A stretch of 64,000 nt of DNA, taken from contig CAZNFL010000001.1 in assembly GCA_964572455.1 (NCBI GenBank), positions 732-64,731 on the forward strand. The letters are read 5' to 3'. A program made the position numbers and the translations under genes. Source of the stretch: an uncultured Anaerolineaceae bacterium (GTDB lineage Bacteria; Chloroflexota; Anaerolineae; Anaerolineales; UBA11579). This document shows, in pieces, positions 17,583 to 27,470 of this stretch. The notes under the pieces are model-generated. The model was not told the origin of the DNA. It saw nothing but the letters and a program-made list of their open reading frames with translations, and searched no databases. The stretch's first letter is position 1. Each line of letters opens with the position of its first letter.

Positions 17583-19424
17583 TCACTCCACGGTCACGCT
17601 CTTTGCCAGGTTGCGCGGCTGGTCTACATCCAGCCCGCGCAGGCAGGCGATGTGATAGGCCAGCATTTGCAGCGGGATCACTGTGACCACCGGGCTCAGC
17701 ATCCAAGGCGTTTCCGGCACCCACAGCACATGGTCAGCCATCGCCGTGATGAGCACATCGCCCTCAGTGGCGATGGCGATCACCTTACCCTGGCGCGCCT
17801 TGGCCTGCTCGATCTGGCTCAGCATCTTCTCGTACCAGGGATCGCGTGGGGCGATGGCTATCACCGGCATCTCGGGATCGATGAGCGCGATCGGGCCGTG
17901 CTTCATTTCCCCGGCCGGGTACCCCTCGGCATGGATATAGGAGATCTCTTTTAACTTCAGAGCCCCTTCGTAGGCTGTGGCGGTGTTTATGCCGCGTCCC
18001 AGATAGAGACAATGGTTGATGTCCTTGAGCGCCTCAGCCACGACCTTCACTTCGTCTTCGCGTTCCAGGCAGGCTGAAGCCCAATCGGGCACGTGGCGCA
18101 ACTCTGCTACTAAGGCGTGGCGATCGTCCTCGCTTAGCACGCCGCGCAAGTCCGCCAGGAGAATGGCCAGCATGTACAGGTCCACCAGGGGCGCGGTGTA
18201 AGCCTTGGTGGAAGCCACCCCGATCTCCGGACCAGTTTGCATAGATATATACCCATCGGCCATGCGCATGGCCTGCGAGCCAATGACATTGATGATGGAC
18301 CAGAGGGTGGCGCCGCGCTTCTTGCCTTCGGCCATAGCCGCCAGTGTGTCCGCCGTCTCGCCTGATTGGCTGATGGCCAGCACTACGCTATTTTTATTGA
18401 CCAGGGGGTCGCGATAACGAAACTCTGAGGCTATATCGAATTCTACGGGCACCTTGGCTATGCTTTCGATCAAGGTCTTGCCGACCATGCCGGCATAGCC
18501 GGCGGTGCCGCAAGCAATGATGAAGATCTTTTCGATCTTGCGCGCCGACTTCTCATCCAGGTTCAGATCAGGAAGCAGAATGCGTCCATTTTCAAAATCC
18601 ACGCGGCCGGCAATAGTATCAGTGAGCGAACGCACCTGTTCGTGGATCTCTTTCTCCATGAAATGGCGATATTCTCCCTTTTCAGCCGCCACCGGGTCCC
18701 AGGAAACGCTGTCCACTGTGAAATCGAGGTCATTGCCCTCCATATCGTGCAAGACCAACCCTTCCCGGGTGACGGTGGCCATCTGGCCGGACTCAAGGAA
18801 GACCACCTTACGGGTGTGCTCCAGGATAGCCGGCAAGTCGGAAGCAACGAACATCTCGCCCTGGCCAAAGCCCACCACGACCCCACCGGCGTTGCCGATA
18901 CGGGCGGCCACAATGCGGTCGGGCTGCCGCGAACTGAACATGACGATCCCGTGGTGTCCGCGTAGATGGTTCACTGCGCGGCGAGCCGCTTCTTCCAAGG
19001 TGATATCCTGGGAGAGATAGCGTTCGACCAGATGCACAATGATCTCGGTGTCAGTGTCAGAATTGAACTCCACCCCTTCAGCCTGCAATTCCTCTTTCAA
19101 TTCCAGGTAATTTTCCACGATGCCGTTATGCACCAGCACCACCTCGCCGGTAGCCCCCATGTGCGGATGGGCGTTACGCGCGCTGGGCTCCCCGTGGGTC
19201 GCCCAGCGGGTGTGCCCAATGCCCAAATTGCCAGCCAGGGGTTCGTTTTCAACCAAGGTAACCAGACGGCCGAGTTTGCCGGCATCGCGGCGCACTTCGA
19301 TGCGCGAATTCTGCAGCACGGCTATCCCCGCTGAGTCGTAACCGCGGTATTCCAGGCGCTTAAGCCCGCTGAGAATGAGCGGGGTTGCATCGCGCTCACC
19401 GATATAACCTACGATTCCACACAT
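17583..19424 (-). CDS. glmS: glutamine--fructose-6-phosphate aminotransferase
   Basis: 613 aa. It has the N-terminal MCGIVGYIG nucleophile, two SIS domains and the C-terminal AKSVTVE. Confidence 0.95.
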   Translation of the reverse strand: MCGIVGYIGERDATPLILSGLKRLEYRGYDSAGIAVLQNSRIEVRRDAGKLGRLVTLVENEPLAGNLGIGHTRWATHGEPSARNAHPHMGATGEVVLVHNGIVENYLELKEELQAEGVEFNSDTDTEIIVHLVERYLSQDITLEEAARRAVNHLRGHHGIVMFSSRQPDRIVAARIGNAGGVVVGFGQGEMFVASDLPAILEHTRKVVFLESGQMATVTREGLVLHDMEGNDLDFTVDSVSWDPVAAEKGEYRHFMEKEIHEQVRSLTDTIAGRVDFENGRILLPDLNLDEKSARKIEKIFIIACGTAGYAGMVGKTLIESIAKVPVEFDIASEFRYRDPLVNKNSVVLAISQSGETADTLAAMAEGKKRGATLWSIINVIGSQAMRMADGYISMQTGPEIGVASTKAYTAPLVDLYMLAILLADLRGVLSEDDRHALVAELRHVPDWASACLEREDEVKVVAEALKDINHCLYLGRGINTATAYEGALKLKEISYIHAEGYPAGEMKHGPIALIDPEMPVIAIAPRDPWYEKMLSQIEQAKARQGKVIAIATEGDVLITAMADHVLWVPETPWMLSPVVTVIPLQMLAYHIACLRGLDVDQPRNLAKSVTVE

Positions 19425-19499
19425 GCTGAGTTCCTCCTAAGTTGGCTTGGCCAACTCATTCGTTATATTGCCGCCGCGCCCGTCTTTGCCCGCAGGATC

Positions 19500-19722
19500 G
19501 CTCCCACGGTATTGTGCGAACGAAAGCCGTTCGCGGGCGCTTCTCATTTGGAGGGAAATAATCGGGGGCAGTCTTACCCGGAAGGCATCCGCTGATCTAC
19601 CCACTCGCAGAAAATCTGCGAGTGGCTTATCGATTTTCGCAGCCGCTCATCTGGCTGCTTAGGCTCACCTTGCAGTGAGCAACCTTCATCCTCGTCACCC
19701 GGCCAAGGCCGGGCCATGCGCT
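19500..19722 (-). ncRNA. glmS ribozyme: glmS ribozyme (GlcN6P-dependent self-cleaving riboswitch) in the glmS leader
   Basis: The minus strand reads AGCGCAUGG-CCCGGCCUUGGCCGGG-UGACGAGGAUGAAGGUU ... GAUCAGCGGAUGCCUUCCGGGUAAGACUGCCC. This matches the conserved cleavage-site AGCGC, the P1 hairpin, GACGAGGA and the CGGAUGCCUCCCGG core as I remember them. It lies directly 5' of glmS. The 3' boundary is approximate. Confidence 0.8.
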
Positions 19723-19960
19723 GTTTCCCTCAAAATCTGCTATTTTTTCGGCTGAAGAACCTCCTTTTTCAGGATTTATGGATTATACCTCGTGCCCAGC
19801 TAATAATCGTTAATGGATTTTGCACATGGTAAAATGACGTGTTTTGTGAAAATCTCCCCGAACTCGGTTTCAACATTCGTAGGTTTCACGCGACCCAATA
19901 AAATGAAACAGAAGCAATTCCATCATCCAAGTATTCCTAAAGCCCTAACCCGAGCTCAGC

Positions 19961-21007
19961 ATGGCATTTAACCCGCTCAATTGGATCTTGGGTTTTTTCT
20001 CCCTGGATATCGGCATCGACCTGGGGACAGCCAACACGCTGGTCTTTGTGCGCGGCAAAGGCATCGTGATCAACGAGCCATCCTGGGTAGCGGTGGAAAA
20101 GAAGAGCCGCCGACCCATTGCCGTAGGACTGCAAGCCAAGGAAATGGCTGGCCGCACGCCTAAGAATGTGGTCGTAGTTCGCCCCTTGCGGGACGGCGTG
20201 ATCTCCGAATTTGAAATTACCGAGGAGATGCTGGCCTACTTTATCGGTAAGGCTCACGAGCAGAGCATTGTGCCGCTGCCCCGGCCGCGGGTGGTCATCG
20301 GCGTGCCAACCGGTGTCACCGAAGTGGAAAAGCGGGCGGTGAACGATGCCGCCCTGCTGGCAGGCGCCCGCGCCGTTTATCTAATTGAAGAGCCTACCGC
20401 CTCGGCGCTGGCCGTGGGGCTGCCAATAGACAAGATAGGTGGAACGGTGATCATCGACATCGGCGGCGGCACTTCTGAAGTGACCGTATTTTCCATGGGA
20501 GGCGTAGTCGTCTCAAAATCCCAGCGCACGGGCGGAGACGAAATGGACCAGGCCGTGTTGCAGTACATCCGCAATAAATACAATATCCTGATCGGCGAAC
20601 AAGCTGCTGAGCAGGTGAAAATTCAGATCGGCTCGGCTTTTCCCCTCAAAGAGGAAAAGACCATGACTGTGCGCGGCCGCAACCTGGTAAGCGGCCTCCC
20701 TGAAACGCTGGAGCTTTCTTCTATTGAGATCCGCGAAGCGTTATCCGGGGTGGTTGACAATATTATCCAAACCTTCAAAGAGACGGTGGACGAAATCCCT
20801 GCCGAGATGCTCGGTGATGTAATGGATAGCGGCATTTGTATGAGCGGGGGCGGGTCTCTCCTGCGCGGGCTCGACGAGCGTTTTAGTGAGGAGCTGCGTA
20901 TTCGCTGCTGGGTGGCGGACGATGCGCTGACCTGCGTGGCCCGTGGGGCGGGACTAGTGCTGGAGGATATAGAGGCTTACCGCCATTTGTTGCTGCAATT
21001 GGATTAG
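19961..21007 (+). CDS. mreB: rod shape-determining actin homologue MreB
   Basis: 348 aa. Contains DIGIDLGTANTLV, DIGGGTSEV and GICMSGGGSLLRGLD. Confidence 0.95.
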   Translation: MAFNPLNWILGFFSLDIGIDLGTANTLVFVRGKGIVINEPSWVAVEKKSRRPIAVGLQAKEMAGRTPKNVVVVRPLRDGVISEFEITEEMLAYFIGKAHEQSIVPLPRPRVVIGVPTGVTEVEKRAVNDAALLAGARAVYLIEEPTASALAVGLPIDKIGGTVIIDIGGGTSEVTVFSMGGVVVSKSQRTGGDEMDQAVLQYIRNKYNILIGEQAAEQVKIQIGSAFPLKEEKTMTVRGRNLVSGLPETLELSSIEIREALSGVVDNIIQTFKETVDEIPAEMLGDVMDSGICMSGGGSLLRGLDERFSEELRIRCWVADDALTCVARGAGLVLEDIEAYRHLLLQLD

Positions 21008-21027
21008 TAACCACTCTACATTCCCGA

Positions 21028-21897
21028 GTGGGGCGGGATATCATCCTTCTATTAATTTCCATGCGCTCTAAAAACAATCCCTACCAGCTAGTAACCCTGG
21101 TCTTGCTGGCCGCTGGCTTGCTGCTGTTGGCCCTCGGCGGCTACCTCACCCCGATCCTCAACAGCGCCCTCCAGCCGGTCTACGGGCTCCAGACCTGGCT
21201 CTATGACCGCTTCCAAGCCATCCAGGACTTTGTCAACGCCCCCGCCGACATTACTCGGCTGCGCCAGGAAAACGCCGACTTAAGTTCCGAGAAGGCCACC
21301 CTGCAAACCCAGATCATTGCCTTGCAACAACAGGTCACGGAGATCGAGCTGCTCTCGTCGCTGCTGGATTTCGCCCGGGCGCGGCCGGAAAATGCCTACC
21401 AGGCAGCCGCCGTGATCGGCCGCGACCCCAGCCCCTTTTTACATTATGTGATCATCAACCGCGGCTCGGACGACGGCATCCGTCGCGGCATGCCGGTGGT
21501 GGCGCAGGAAGGCCTGGTGGGACGCGTGGCCCAGGTAACGGCCAATGCGGCCCGGGTGGAATTGATCACCGACCCAGCCGCCCAGGTTGGCGTGCAATTG
21601 CAGCCCTCCGAAGTGGATGGTGTCTTGACCGGCAGCATCACCGGTGACCTGAGCATAGATCTAATTCCGCAGGATGCCGAATTGCAGGCCGGCGACCTGG
21701 TGTTTACTTCCGGGATCGGCGGCCTATTCCCAAGCAACATCCTTGTGGGCCAGGTGAGCAGTGTGCGCCAGGAAGCCCAGGCCTTGTTTCAGACGGCTAC
21801 CGTGCAACCTGTGGTCGATTTCACCCGCCTGGAGATCGTCTTGGTGATCGTTAATTTTCAGCCGGTTGACCTCACCCCTTTGCTGATAAATCCCTAA
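21028..21897 (+). CDS. mreC: rod shape-determining protein MreC (start may be ATG 21061)
   Basis: N-terminal TM helix, a coiled coil (LRQENADLSSEKATLQ) and a C-terminal beta domain with GMPVV...GLVGRV and GDLVFTSG. Confidence 0.85.
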   Translation: MGRDIILLLISMRSKNNPYQLVTLVLLAAGLLLLALGGYLTPILNSALQPVYGLQTWLYDRFQAIQDFVNAPADITRLRQENADLSSEKATLQTQIIALQQQVTEIELLSSLLDFARARPENAYQAAAVIGRDPSPFLHYVIINRGSDDGIRRGMPVVAQEGLVGRVAQVTANAARVELITDPAAQVGVQLQPSEVDGVLTGSITGDLSIDLIPQDAELQAGDLVFTSGIGGLFPSNILVGQVSSVRQEAQALFQTATVQPVVDFTRLEIVLVIVNFQPVDLTPLLINP

Positions 21898-21912
21898 GGT
21901 CGGTATAGAAAT

Positions 21913-22413
21913 ATGCGCGTCCTGGTGGGAATCGGATTGCTGCTTGGCGCGGCTCTCCTGCAGCTTACGCTGGTGATGCGCATTACTTTGCTGCAAGGGT
22001 CTGCCGATCTTGTCCTGCTGGTTCTGATCTCTTGGATGCTGCAGCCCGGGAACCTATCGGACTGGAAATGGGGGCTTCCCGCCGGGCTAATGCTGGGTTA
22101 TGCCAGTGCCCTGCCCGACTGGGTTTTATTGGCTGGCTACGTGGGAGCAGCCGGCATTTGCCAGTTGCTAAAACAACGGATCTGGCAAGGTCAATTGCTC
22201 GCCCTACTTTCTGCCACGGTGTTGGGCGCCCTGTGCATTCACTTGGTCACTCTGTCGTATTTATTCTTGAGCGCCCACCCTATAGATGCCCTTGAAGCCC
22301 TCAATGTAATTACCGTGCCCAGTATGCTTTTGAACCTCATCTTTATCTTACCTGTGCATGCCATAATGAGCGAATTGAATAAACTCGTCAACCCGGCGGA
22401 ACAGCCTGTATGA
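21913..22413 (+). CDS. mreD: rod shape-determining protein MreD
   Basis: 166 aa, multi-TM. It sits between mreC and mrdA and overlaps mrdA by 4 nt. Confidence 0.75.
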   Translation: MRVLVGIGLLLGAALLQLTLVMRITLLQGSADLVLLVLISWMLQPGNLSDWKWGLPAGLMLGYASALPDWVLLAGYVGAAGICQLLKQRIWQGQLLALLSATVLGALCIHLVTLSYLFLSAHPIDALEALNVITVPSMLLNLIFILPVHAIMSELNKLVNPAEQPV

Positions 22414-24482
22414 GCAACCTGTCCGAAACAACCAGCAAGCCCTCATTAGAATCCTGGCGCCTATACGCCTTCCTGGGCGCCATCGGTCTCGCTTTCCTAA
22501 TTTTCATTACGCGACTTATCTATCTCCAAGTTCTGGAACACGATAACTGGCTGCGCCAGGCAAACGAAAACCGCACGGAGACTATCAGCCTGGCGCCACA
22601 GCGCGGGGTGATCTATGATCGCAATGGGATCGTGCTGGCCCAAAACGTGGCATCCTATAACATCATTATTACGCCCGCGTTCCTGCCCGATGACCCTGGG
22701 GAGATAGAGCAGATCGTTATTGAACTGGCTCACCTCAGCGGCGTGCCGATCAGCAAGGGTTCGATCGATGAGCCATTGATTCCGTGTGGGGACAACCTGG
22801 GCATCCGCGAGATGGTCGATATCCAGACTTCCTTTTCCCCTTATGACCCCGTGCAGATCCAGTGCAACATTTCTCGCGAGCTGGCTCTGGCGGTCAAAGA
22901 AAAAACGGTGGACTGGCCGGGCGTTGACGTACAAATTGAACCGGTGCGCGACTATCCCACCGGGGAACTGACCGCCGCGGTGATAGGTTATTTAGGGCCG
23001 CTGCCCGCCATCCAGGAAGCCGAACTGCGCGCCCTGGGCTTTGTGCCCAACCGCGATAAGGTGGGCTACGGCGGCATTGAATTGTATTTTGATGAATTGC
23101 TGCGCGGCGTTCCCGGCCAGCGTGTGGTGGAAACCGACGTCGGCGGCCAAGTCTTGCGAGATATTGAACCTCCGGTGAACGCCCAACCCGGCCAAAACCT
23201 GGTGCTCACCATCGACACCCGCCTGCAACAAGCCGCTTCCACCATCCTGCAAGAAGAGATCGCCGAATGGAATCGCAAAATTGGATTGACCATGACCAGC
23301 GGGGTGGTGATCGCCATGGACCCGCGCACCGGGGAGATCCTGGCGATGGTCTCCTGGCCTACCTACCAGAACAATCGCTTTGCGCGCTTTATCCCCGCCT
23401 ATTATTATGAGCAACTGATCGCGGATGCCACGCATCCACTGGTGAACAGTGCGGTGGGGGCTGAGATCCCGGTGGGTTCTGTGTTCAAACTGGTCACTGC
23501 GGTGGGGATATTAAACGAAGGCGTCGTGACCCCGGAGCAAATCATCCAAACGCCGAGCCAGATCACGGTGACCGAACGTTTCTTTGAGGGTGAAACCGGG
23601 CGCGCCCGAGTTTTCGTGGATTGGAACGAAGCCGGCTTTGGCCAGTTGAATTTTATCGGCGGGTTAGCCAATTCCAGCAACGTGTATTTTTATAAAGTTG
23701 GAGGCGGTTTCCAAGAGGAGGTGCCCGAAGGCTTAGGCATCTGCCGCCTGGGCACTTATGCACGCGCCCTGGGCTACGGTGAACCTTTGGGCATCGAACA
23801 GCCCTACGAGACGGATGGCCTGGTGCCCGATCCCACCTGGAAACGTCGCAATCAGGGTGAAAACTGGTCCACCGGCGACACCTATATCACCAGCGTAGGG
23901 CAAGGGTTTGTGCTGGCTTCGCCGCTGCAGATTTTGATGTCGGCGGCTACGATCGCCAACGATGGGATGCAGATGCGCCCCACCCTGTTGCGCGAAATTT
24001 TGGATGGCAACGGCAACTTAGTAAAGGAATTCGCGCCTGAAGTCCGCTGGGATATAACCACGGACCCGCTGATCGAGAAATACGAGAACCCAGACGGTAT
24101 CGGGGCCTGCCGCCCGACCGGCGAAATCGTGACCGTGGAGCCCTGGGTCATAGAGAAGGTGCAGGAGGGTATGCGCGGCGCGGTGCAGTTCGGGACGCTA
24201 GCGGAGGAATTTGCTAACGTATCCATCGCGGTAGCAGGGAAGACGGGTACAGCGGAATATTGTGACGAGACCGCCTTTAGCAAGAACTTGTGCCAGTATG
24301 GCAACTGGCCCAGCCATGCCTGGACGCTCGCCTACGCCCCTTATGACGACCCCGAGGTTGTTGTGATCGCCTTCGTTTACAACGGCAGAGAAGGCGCCAC
24401 AGTGGCTGCGCCCATTGTCCGCCAAATGATCGAGGCTTATTTCGAGCTCAAAGAGATAGACACCCTGTTGGGGAACCGCTAA
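22410..24482 (+). CDS. mrdA: penicillin-binding protein 2 (elongasome transpeptidase)
   Basis: 690 aa. N-terminal TM anchor, PBP dimerisation domain, GSVFK (SxxK), SSN and KTGTAE motifs. Confidence 0.9.
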   Translation: MSNLSETTSKPSLESWRLYAFLGAIGLAFLIFITRLIYLQVLEHDNWLRQANENRTETISLAPQRGVIYDRNGIVLAQNVASYNIIITPAFLPDDPGEIEQIVIELAHLSGVPISKGSIDEPLIPCGDNLGIREMVDIQTSFSPYDPVQIQCNISRELALAVKEKTVDWPGVDVQIEPVRDYPTGELTAAVIGYLGPLPAIQEAELRALGFVPNRDKVGYGGIELYFDELLRGVPGQRVVETDVGGQVLRDIEPPVNAQPGQNLVLTIDTRLQQAASTILQEEIAEWNRKIGLTMTSGVVIAMDPRTGEILAMVSWPTYQNNRFARFIPAYYYEQLIADATHPLVNSAVGAEIPVGSVFKLVTAVGILNEGVVTPEQIIQTPSQITVTERFFEGETGRARVFVDWNEAGFGQLNFIGGLANSSNVYFYKVGGGFQEEVPEGLGICRLGTYARALGYGEPLGIEQPYETDGLVPDPTWKRRNQGENWSTGDTYITSVGQGFVLASPLQILMSAATIANDGMQMRPTLLREILDGNGNLVKEFAPEVRWDITTDPLIEKYENPDGIGACRPTGEIVTVEPWVIEKVQEGMRGAVQFGTLAEEFANVSIAVAGKTGTAEYCDETAFSKNLCQYGNWPSHAWTLAYAPYDDPEVVVIAFVYNGREGATVAAPIVRQMIEAYFELKEIDTLLGNR

Positions 24483-24537
24483 ACCTTCAGCCCTGTTTTC
24501 TTCGCGGCGACAAGGGCTGGATGCTATAATTTTTCTC

Positions 24538-25236
24538 ATGTCTCCTGAAGTGCAAATAAAAGGCATTCGCGAAGGCTTGCTCGTCTCTGTGGGAAACGGG
24601 GATTGGTTGGAAGCCGAGCAGTCCCTGCTCAGCGAATTGGGCCGCCAGAAGGATTTTTTGAAAGGCGCCAAACTGATCCTGGACGTGGACGAACACACTA
24701 TCAACGCTGCGTCCATGGGCAGGCTGCGCGATCAGATGTCGGAACATGGGCTCTCCCTGTGGGGCGTGCTCAGCCGTTCACCGCTCACTGAACTCAGTGC
24801 CCAAGCGATGGGCCTGGCCACTCGCATACACCAGGCCGAGCCCGAGCCCGAAGAGGAGATTGAGGAAGAGCCAGTTGCTATTTCGGTAGAGGCCAACGCC
24901 CTTTTGCTCCGCAAGACTTTGCGTTCCGGTTTTAACCTAACTCACCCCGGCCACGTGGCCGTGATCGGCGACGTGAACCCAGGGGCGCAGATCATTGCCG
25001 GGGGCAACGTGGTGGTTTGGGGCCGCTTGCGCGGCCTGGTGCACGCCGGCGCCGAAGGCGATGAGAGCGCCGTCGTTTGCGCCATGGACCTGGCGCCAAC
25101 CCAATTACGGATCGCCAGACACATTGCCATCCCACCCGCCGAGCGCGGCGAGCCGCGCCCGGAGATCGCCTTCGTAAAAGATGGCGAGGTCGTCGCTGAA
25201 GAATGGAATATTGGCGCCCAGGCAACCGCGGGCTGA
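24538..25236 (+). CDS. minC: septum site-determining protein MinC
   Basis: 232 aa. The C-terminal beta-helix repeat GDVNPGAQIIAGGNVVVWGRLRGLVHAG is diagnostic. Confidence 0.85.
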   Translation: MSPEVQIKGIREGLLVSVGNGDWLEAEQSLLSELGRQKDFLKGAKLILDVDEHTINAASMGRLRDQMSEHGLSLWGVLSRSPLTELSAQAMGLATRIHQAEPEPEEEIEEEPVAISVEANALLLRKTLRSGFNLTHPGHVAVIGDVNPGAQIIAGGNVVVWGRLRGLVHAGAEGDESAVVCAMDLAPTQLRIARHIAIPPAERGEPRPEIAFVKDGEVVAEEWNIGAQATAG

Positions 25237-25246
25237 AAGCGAACTT

Positions 25247-26056
25247 ATGGGACGCGTAATTACGATCACTTCAGGAAAAGGCGGTGTGGGTAAAACCACG
25301 GCCACGGCTAACATCAGCGCGGCGCTGGCCGCCTTGGGCAAGAAGGTAGTCTGCATCGACGCTGATATTGGTTTGCGCAATTTGGATGTCGTACTGGGCC
25401 TGGAGAACCGAATCGTGTATGACCTGGTGGACGTCGTCGAAGGACGCTGCAAACTGCGCCAGGCTATGATCCGCGACAAGCGCCTGGAAGAGCTGTACCT
25501 GATCCCTGCCGCGCAAACTCGCGACAAGAGCGCTGTCTCACCGAAAGATATGAAACGGATTTGCGAAGAACTGGTCAAGGATTTCGATTTCGTCGTCATC
25601 GATTCGCCGGCTGGCATCGAACGCGGTTTCAAGAATGCCATCGCGCCCGCGGACGAGATCATTATTATCACCAACCCCGAGGTTTCCGCCGTGCGGGATG
25701 CTGACCGCATTATCGGGATCGTGGAAGCCGAGCAAAAAGGCCCAGCCAAGTTGGTGGTTAATCGCATCAACAGCGAACTGGTGAGCCGAGGCGATATGCT
25801 GGCCGTGGCGGATGTGCTGGAATTGCTGGCCGTCGAGCTGATCGGCATCGTGCCGGATGACCAGGCCGTGTTGGTAAGCACGAACCGCGGAGCTCCGATC
25901 GCCCTGGAGGCCAAGAGCAAGACGGGGCAGGCTTTCCGCGACATTGCCAAGCGGCTAACCGGTGAGGAAGTCGCCTTTACTTCCGCCAACGGTGGAGGAG
26001 GCATTATGGGCCGTCTTTCCAAACTGATCCGTTCGAGTGGTGAAAAACGTGCGTAA
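25247..26056 (+). CDS. minD: septum site-determining ATPase MinD
   Basis: MGRVITITSGKGGVGKTT is the deviant Walker A motif. The C-terminus is an amphipathic helix. The true ATG is at 25247; the track ORF from 25181 overlaps minC. Confidence 0.93.
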   Translation: MGRVITITSGKGGVGKTTATANISAALAALGKKVVCIDADIGLRNLDVVLGLENRIVYDLVDVVEGRCKLRQAMIRDKRLEELYLIPAAQTRDKSAVSPKDMKRICEELVKDFDFVVIDSPAGIERGFKNAIAPADEIIIITNPEVSAVRDADRIIGIVEAEQKGPAKLVVNRINSELVSRGDMLAVADVLELLAVELIGIVPDDQAVLVSTNRGAPIALEAKSKTGQAFRDIAKRLTGEEVAFTSANGGGGIMGRLSKLIRSSGEKRA

Positions 26057-26318
26057 CCTCGCCGGATTTTTCACCCGCAGAGGCAGCGCCAATACGGCCA
26101 AGGAACGCTTGCGCCTGGTGCTGATCCACGACCGAAGCACCCTGCCACCGGGTACCATGGAGGAGTTGCGCGACGAGCTTATCGAAGTGATCTCCAGGCA
26201 CGTGGAAGTGGATCGCAGCGGGGTGCGCCTTGAGATTACCCAGGATGGCCGCTCCCAGCGGCTGCTGGCAGATATCCCGCTAAAGCGGGCCGACAACCGC
26301 TTGCCCGAAGAATACTAA
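26037..26318 (+). CDS. minE: cell division topological specificity factor MinE (GTG start; alternative GTG at 26049)
   Basis: 93 aa. The pattern FFTRRGSANTAKERLRLVLIHDR is typical of the MinE N-terminus. It overlaps the 3' end of minD. Confidence 0.85.
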   Translation: MVKNVRNLAGFFTRRGSANTAKERLRLVLIHDRSTLPPGTMEELRDELIEVISRHVEVDRSGVRLEITQDGRSQRLLADIPLKRADNRLPEEY

Positions 26319-26357
26319 TATCCCGCCTTCCTCTGCAAGGCGGCAAAGGATCTTCAG

Positions 26358-27464
26358 TTGAGAACTGCTATTTGGCGTCATTTTGATTTTTGGCTGTTGG
26401 GAGCCGTGGCCGTGCTGCTCACGTTCGGTATGGCCATGATCAGCTCTTCGATCGCCGGCAACGCCGAACTGATCGAGCTGGATATCCTTGGACGCCAAAT
26501 TACATATGGGTTGATCGGCTTTGCAGTCATCGTAGTGGCCGCCTCCGTGGATTACCGCTTGTGGATCGCGGTCAGCCGCGTGCTTTATGTCATTTTGGCG
26601 GGGCTGCTCCTGCTCATCTTCCTGGTGGGCGAGGCCAGTTTCGGAGCCGCGCGCTGGCTGGACCTCGGCGTGCTCATTTTTCAGCCTTCCGAACTGGCCA
26701 AGATCATTTTGATAATCATCCTGGCGGATTATTTCGCGCGCAATCGCGACGCGTCGAAAGACCTTAGGTGGATCGTACGCAGCGTGTCGCTGACCCTGGG
26801 GCTGGTGATCTTGATCTTGATCCAGCCAAATCTGAGCACTTCCATTGTGCTCATGGTAGTTTGGTTTGCGCTCCTATGGATCAGCGGCTTGGAATTAAAG
26901 CACCTGGCCTTGTTCGCCGTTGGGACCGTGCTGATCGCTGTGATCACCTTTCCCTTCTTGCAACCTTATCAGCAGCAGCGCGTACTCAACTTCATCGCCC
27001 CAAATCCGGAGGCGGCGCTGGAAGAGAACTATAACGTCACCCAATCGCTGATCAGCATCGGTTCAGGCGGGTTGCTGGGTCAAGGATATGGGCAGAGCTC
27101 CCAGGTACAGTTGCGCTTCCTCAAAGTGCGGCATAACGACTTTATATTTTCGGCGATCGCTGCCGAGTTCGGCTTGGTCGGCGCACTGGCCGTGCTCGGG
27201 CTGATCTTCTTTGTGATCTGGCGCTGCGTGCGCGCTGCGCAGCTTTCGCACGATACCTTCGGCTCCCTGATCGCCTATGGGGTGGCGGTGATGATCGCCT
27301 TGCACACCATCGTGAACGTCGGCATGAACATTTCGGTGCTGCCGGTCACCGGCCTGCCGCTGCCCTTCATCAGCGCGGGCGGCTCTTCACTGCTGACCTT
27401 TATGTTCGGGATCGGCTTGGTGGAGAGCGTAGTCGCCCGCCACCGGGCATTGAACTTCTCCTAA
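26358..27464 (+). CDS. rodA: SEDS-family peptidoglycan polymerase RodA
   Basis: 368 aa with about 10 TM helices. Contains FQPSELAKI, TDFIFSAI-like (NDFIFSAIAAEFG) and LPFISAGGSS. It lies in an mre/mrdA context. Confidence 0.88.
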   Translation: MRTAIWRHFDFWLLGAVAVLLTFGMAMISSSIAGNAELIELDILGRQITYGLIGFAVIVVAASVDYRLWIAVSRVLYVILAGLLLLIFLVGEASFGAARWLDLGVLIFQPSELAKIILIIILADYFARNRDASKDLRWIVRSVSLTLGLVILILIQPNLSTSIVLMVVWFALLWISGLELKHLALFAVGTVLIAVITFPFLQPYQQQRVLNFIAPNPEAALEENYNVTQSLISIGSGGLLGQGYGQSSQVQLRFLKVRHNDFIFSAIAAEFGLVGALAVLGLIFFVIWRCVRAAQLSHDTFGSLIAYGVAVMIALHTIVNVGMNISVLPVTGLPLPFISAGGSSLLTFMFGIGLVESVVARHRALNFS

Positions 27465-27470
27465 TTCCCC

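Noticed and set aside
19830-19967. 44-codon ORF (MTCFVKISPNS...) in the mreB leader
   Set aside because: It has no SD and no recognisable features, and it terminates just inside mreB. More likely this is untranslated leader containing the mreB promoter (TGGTAAAAT extended -10 near 19826).
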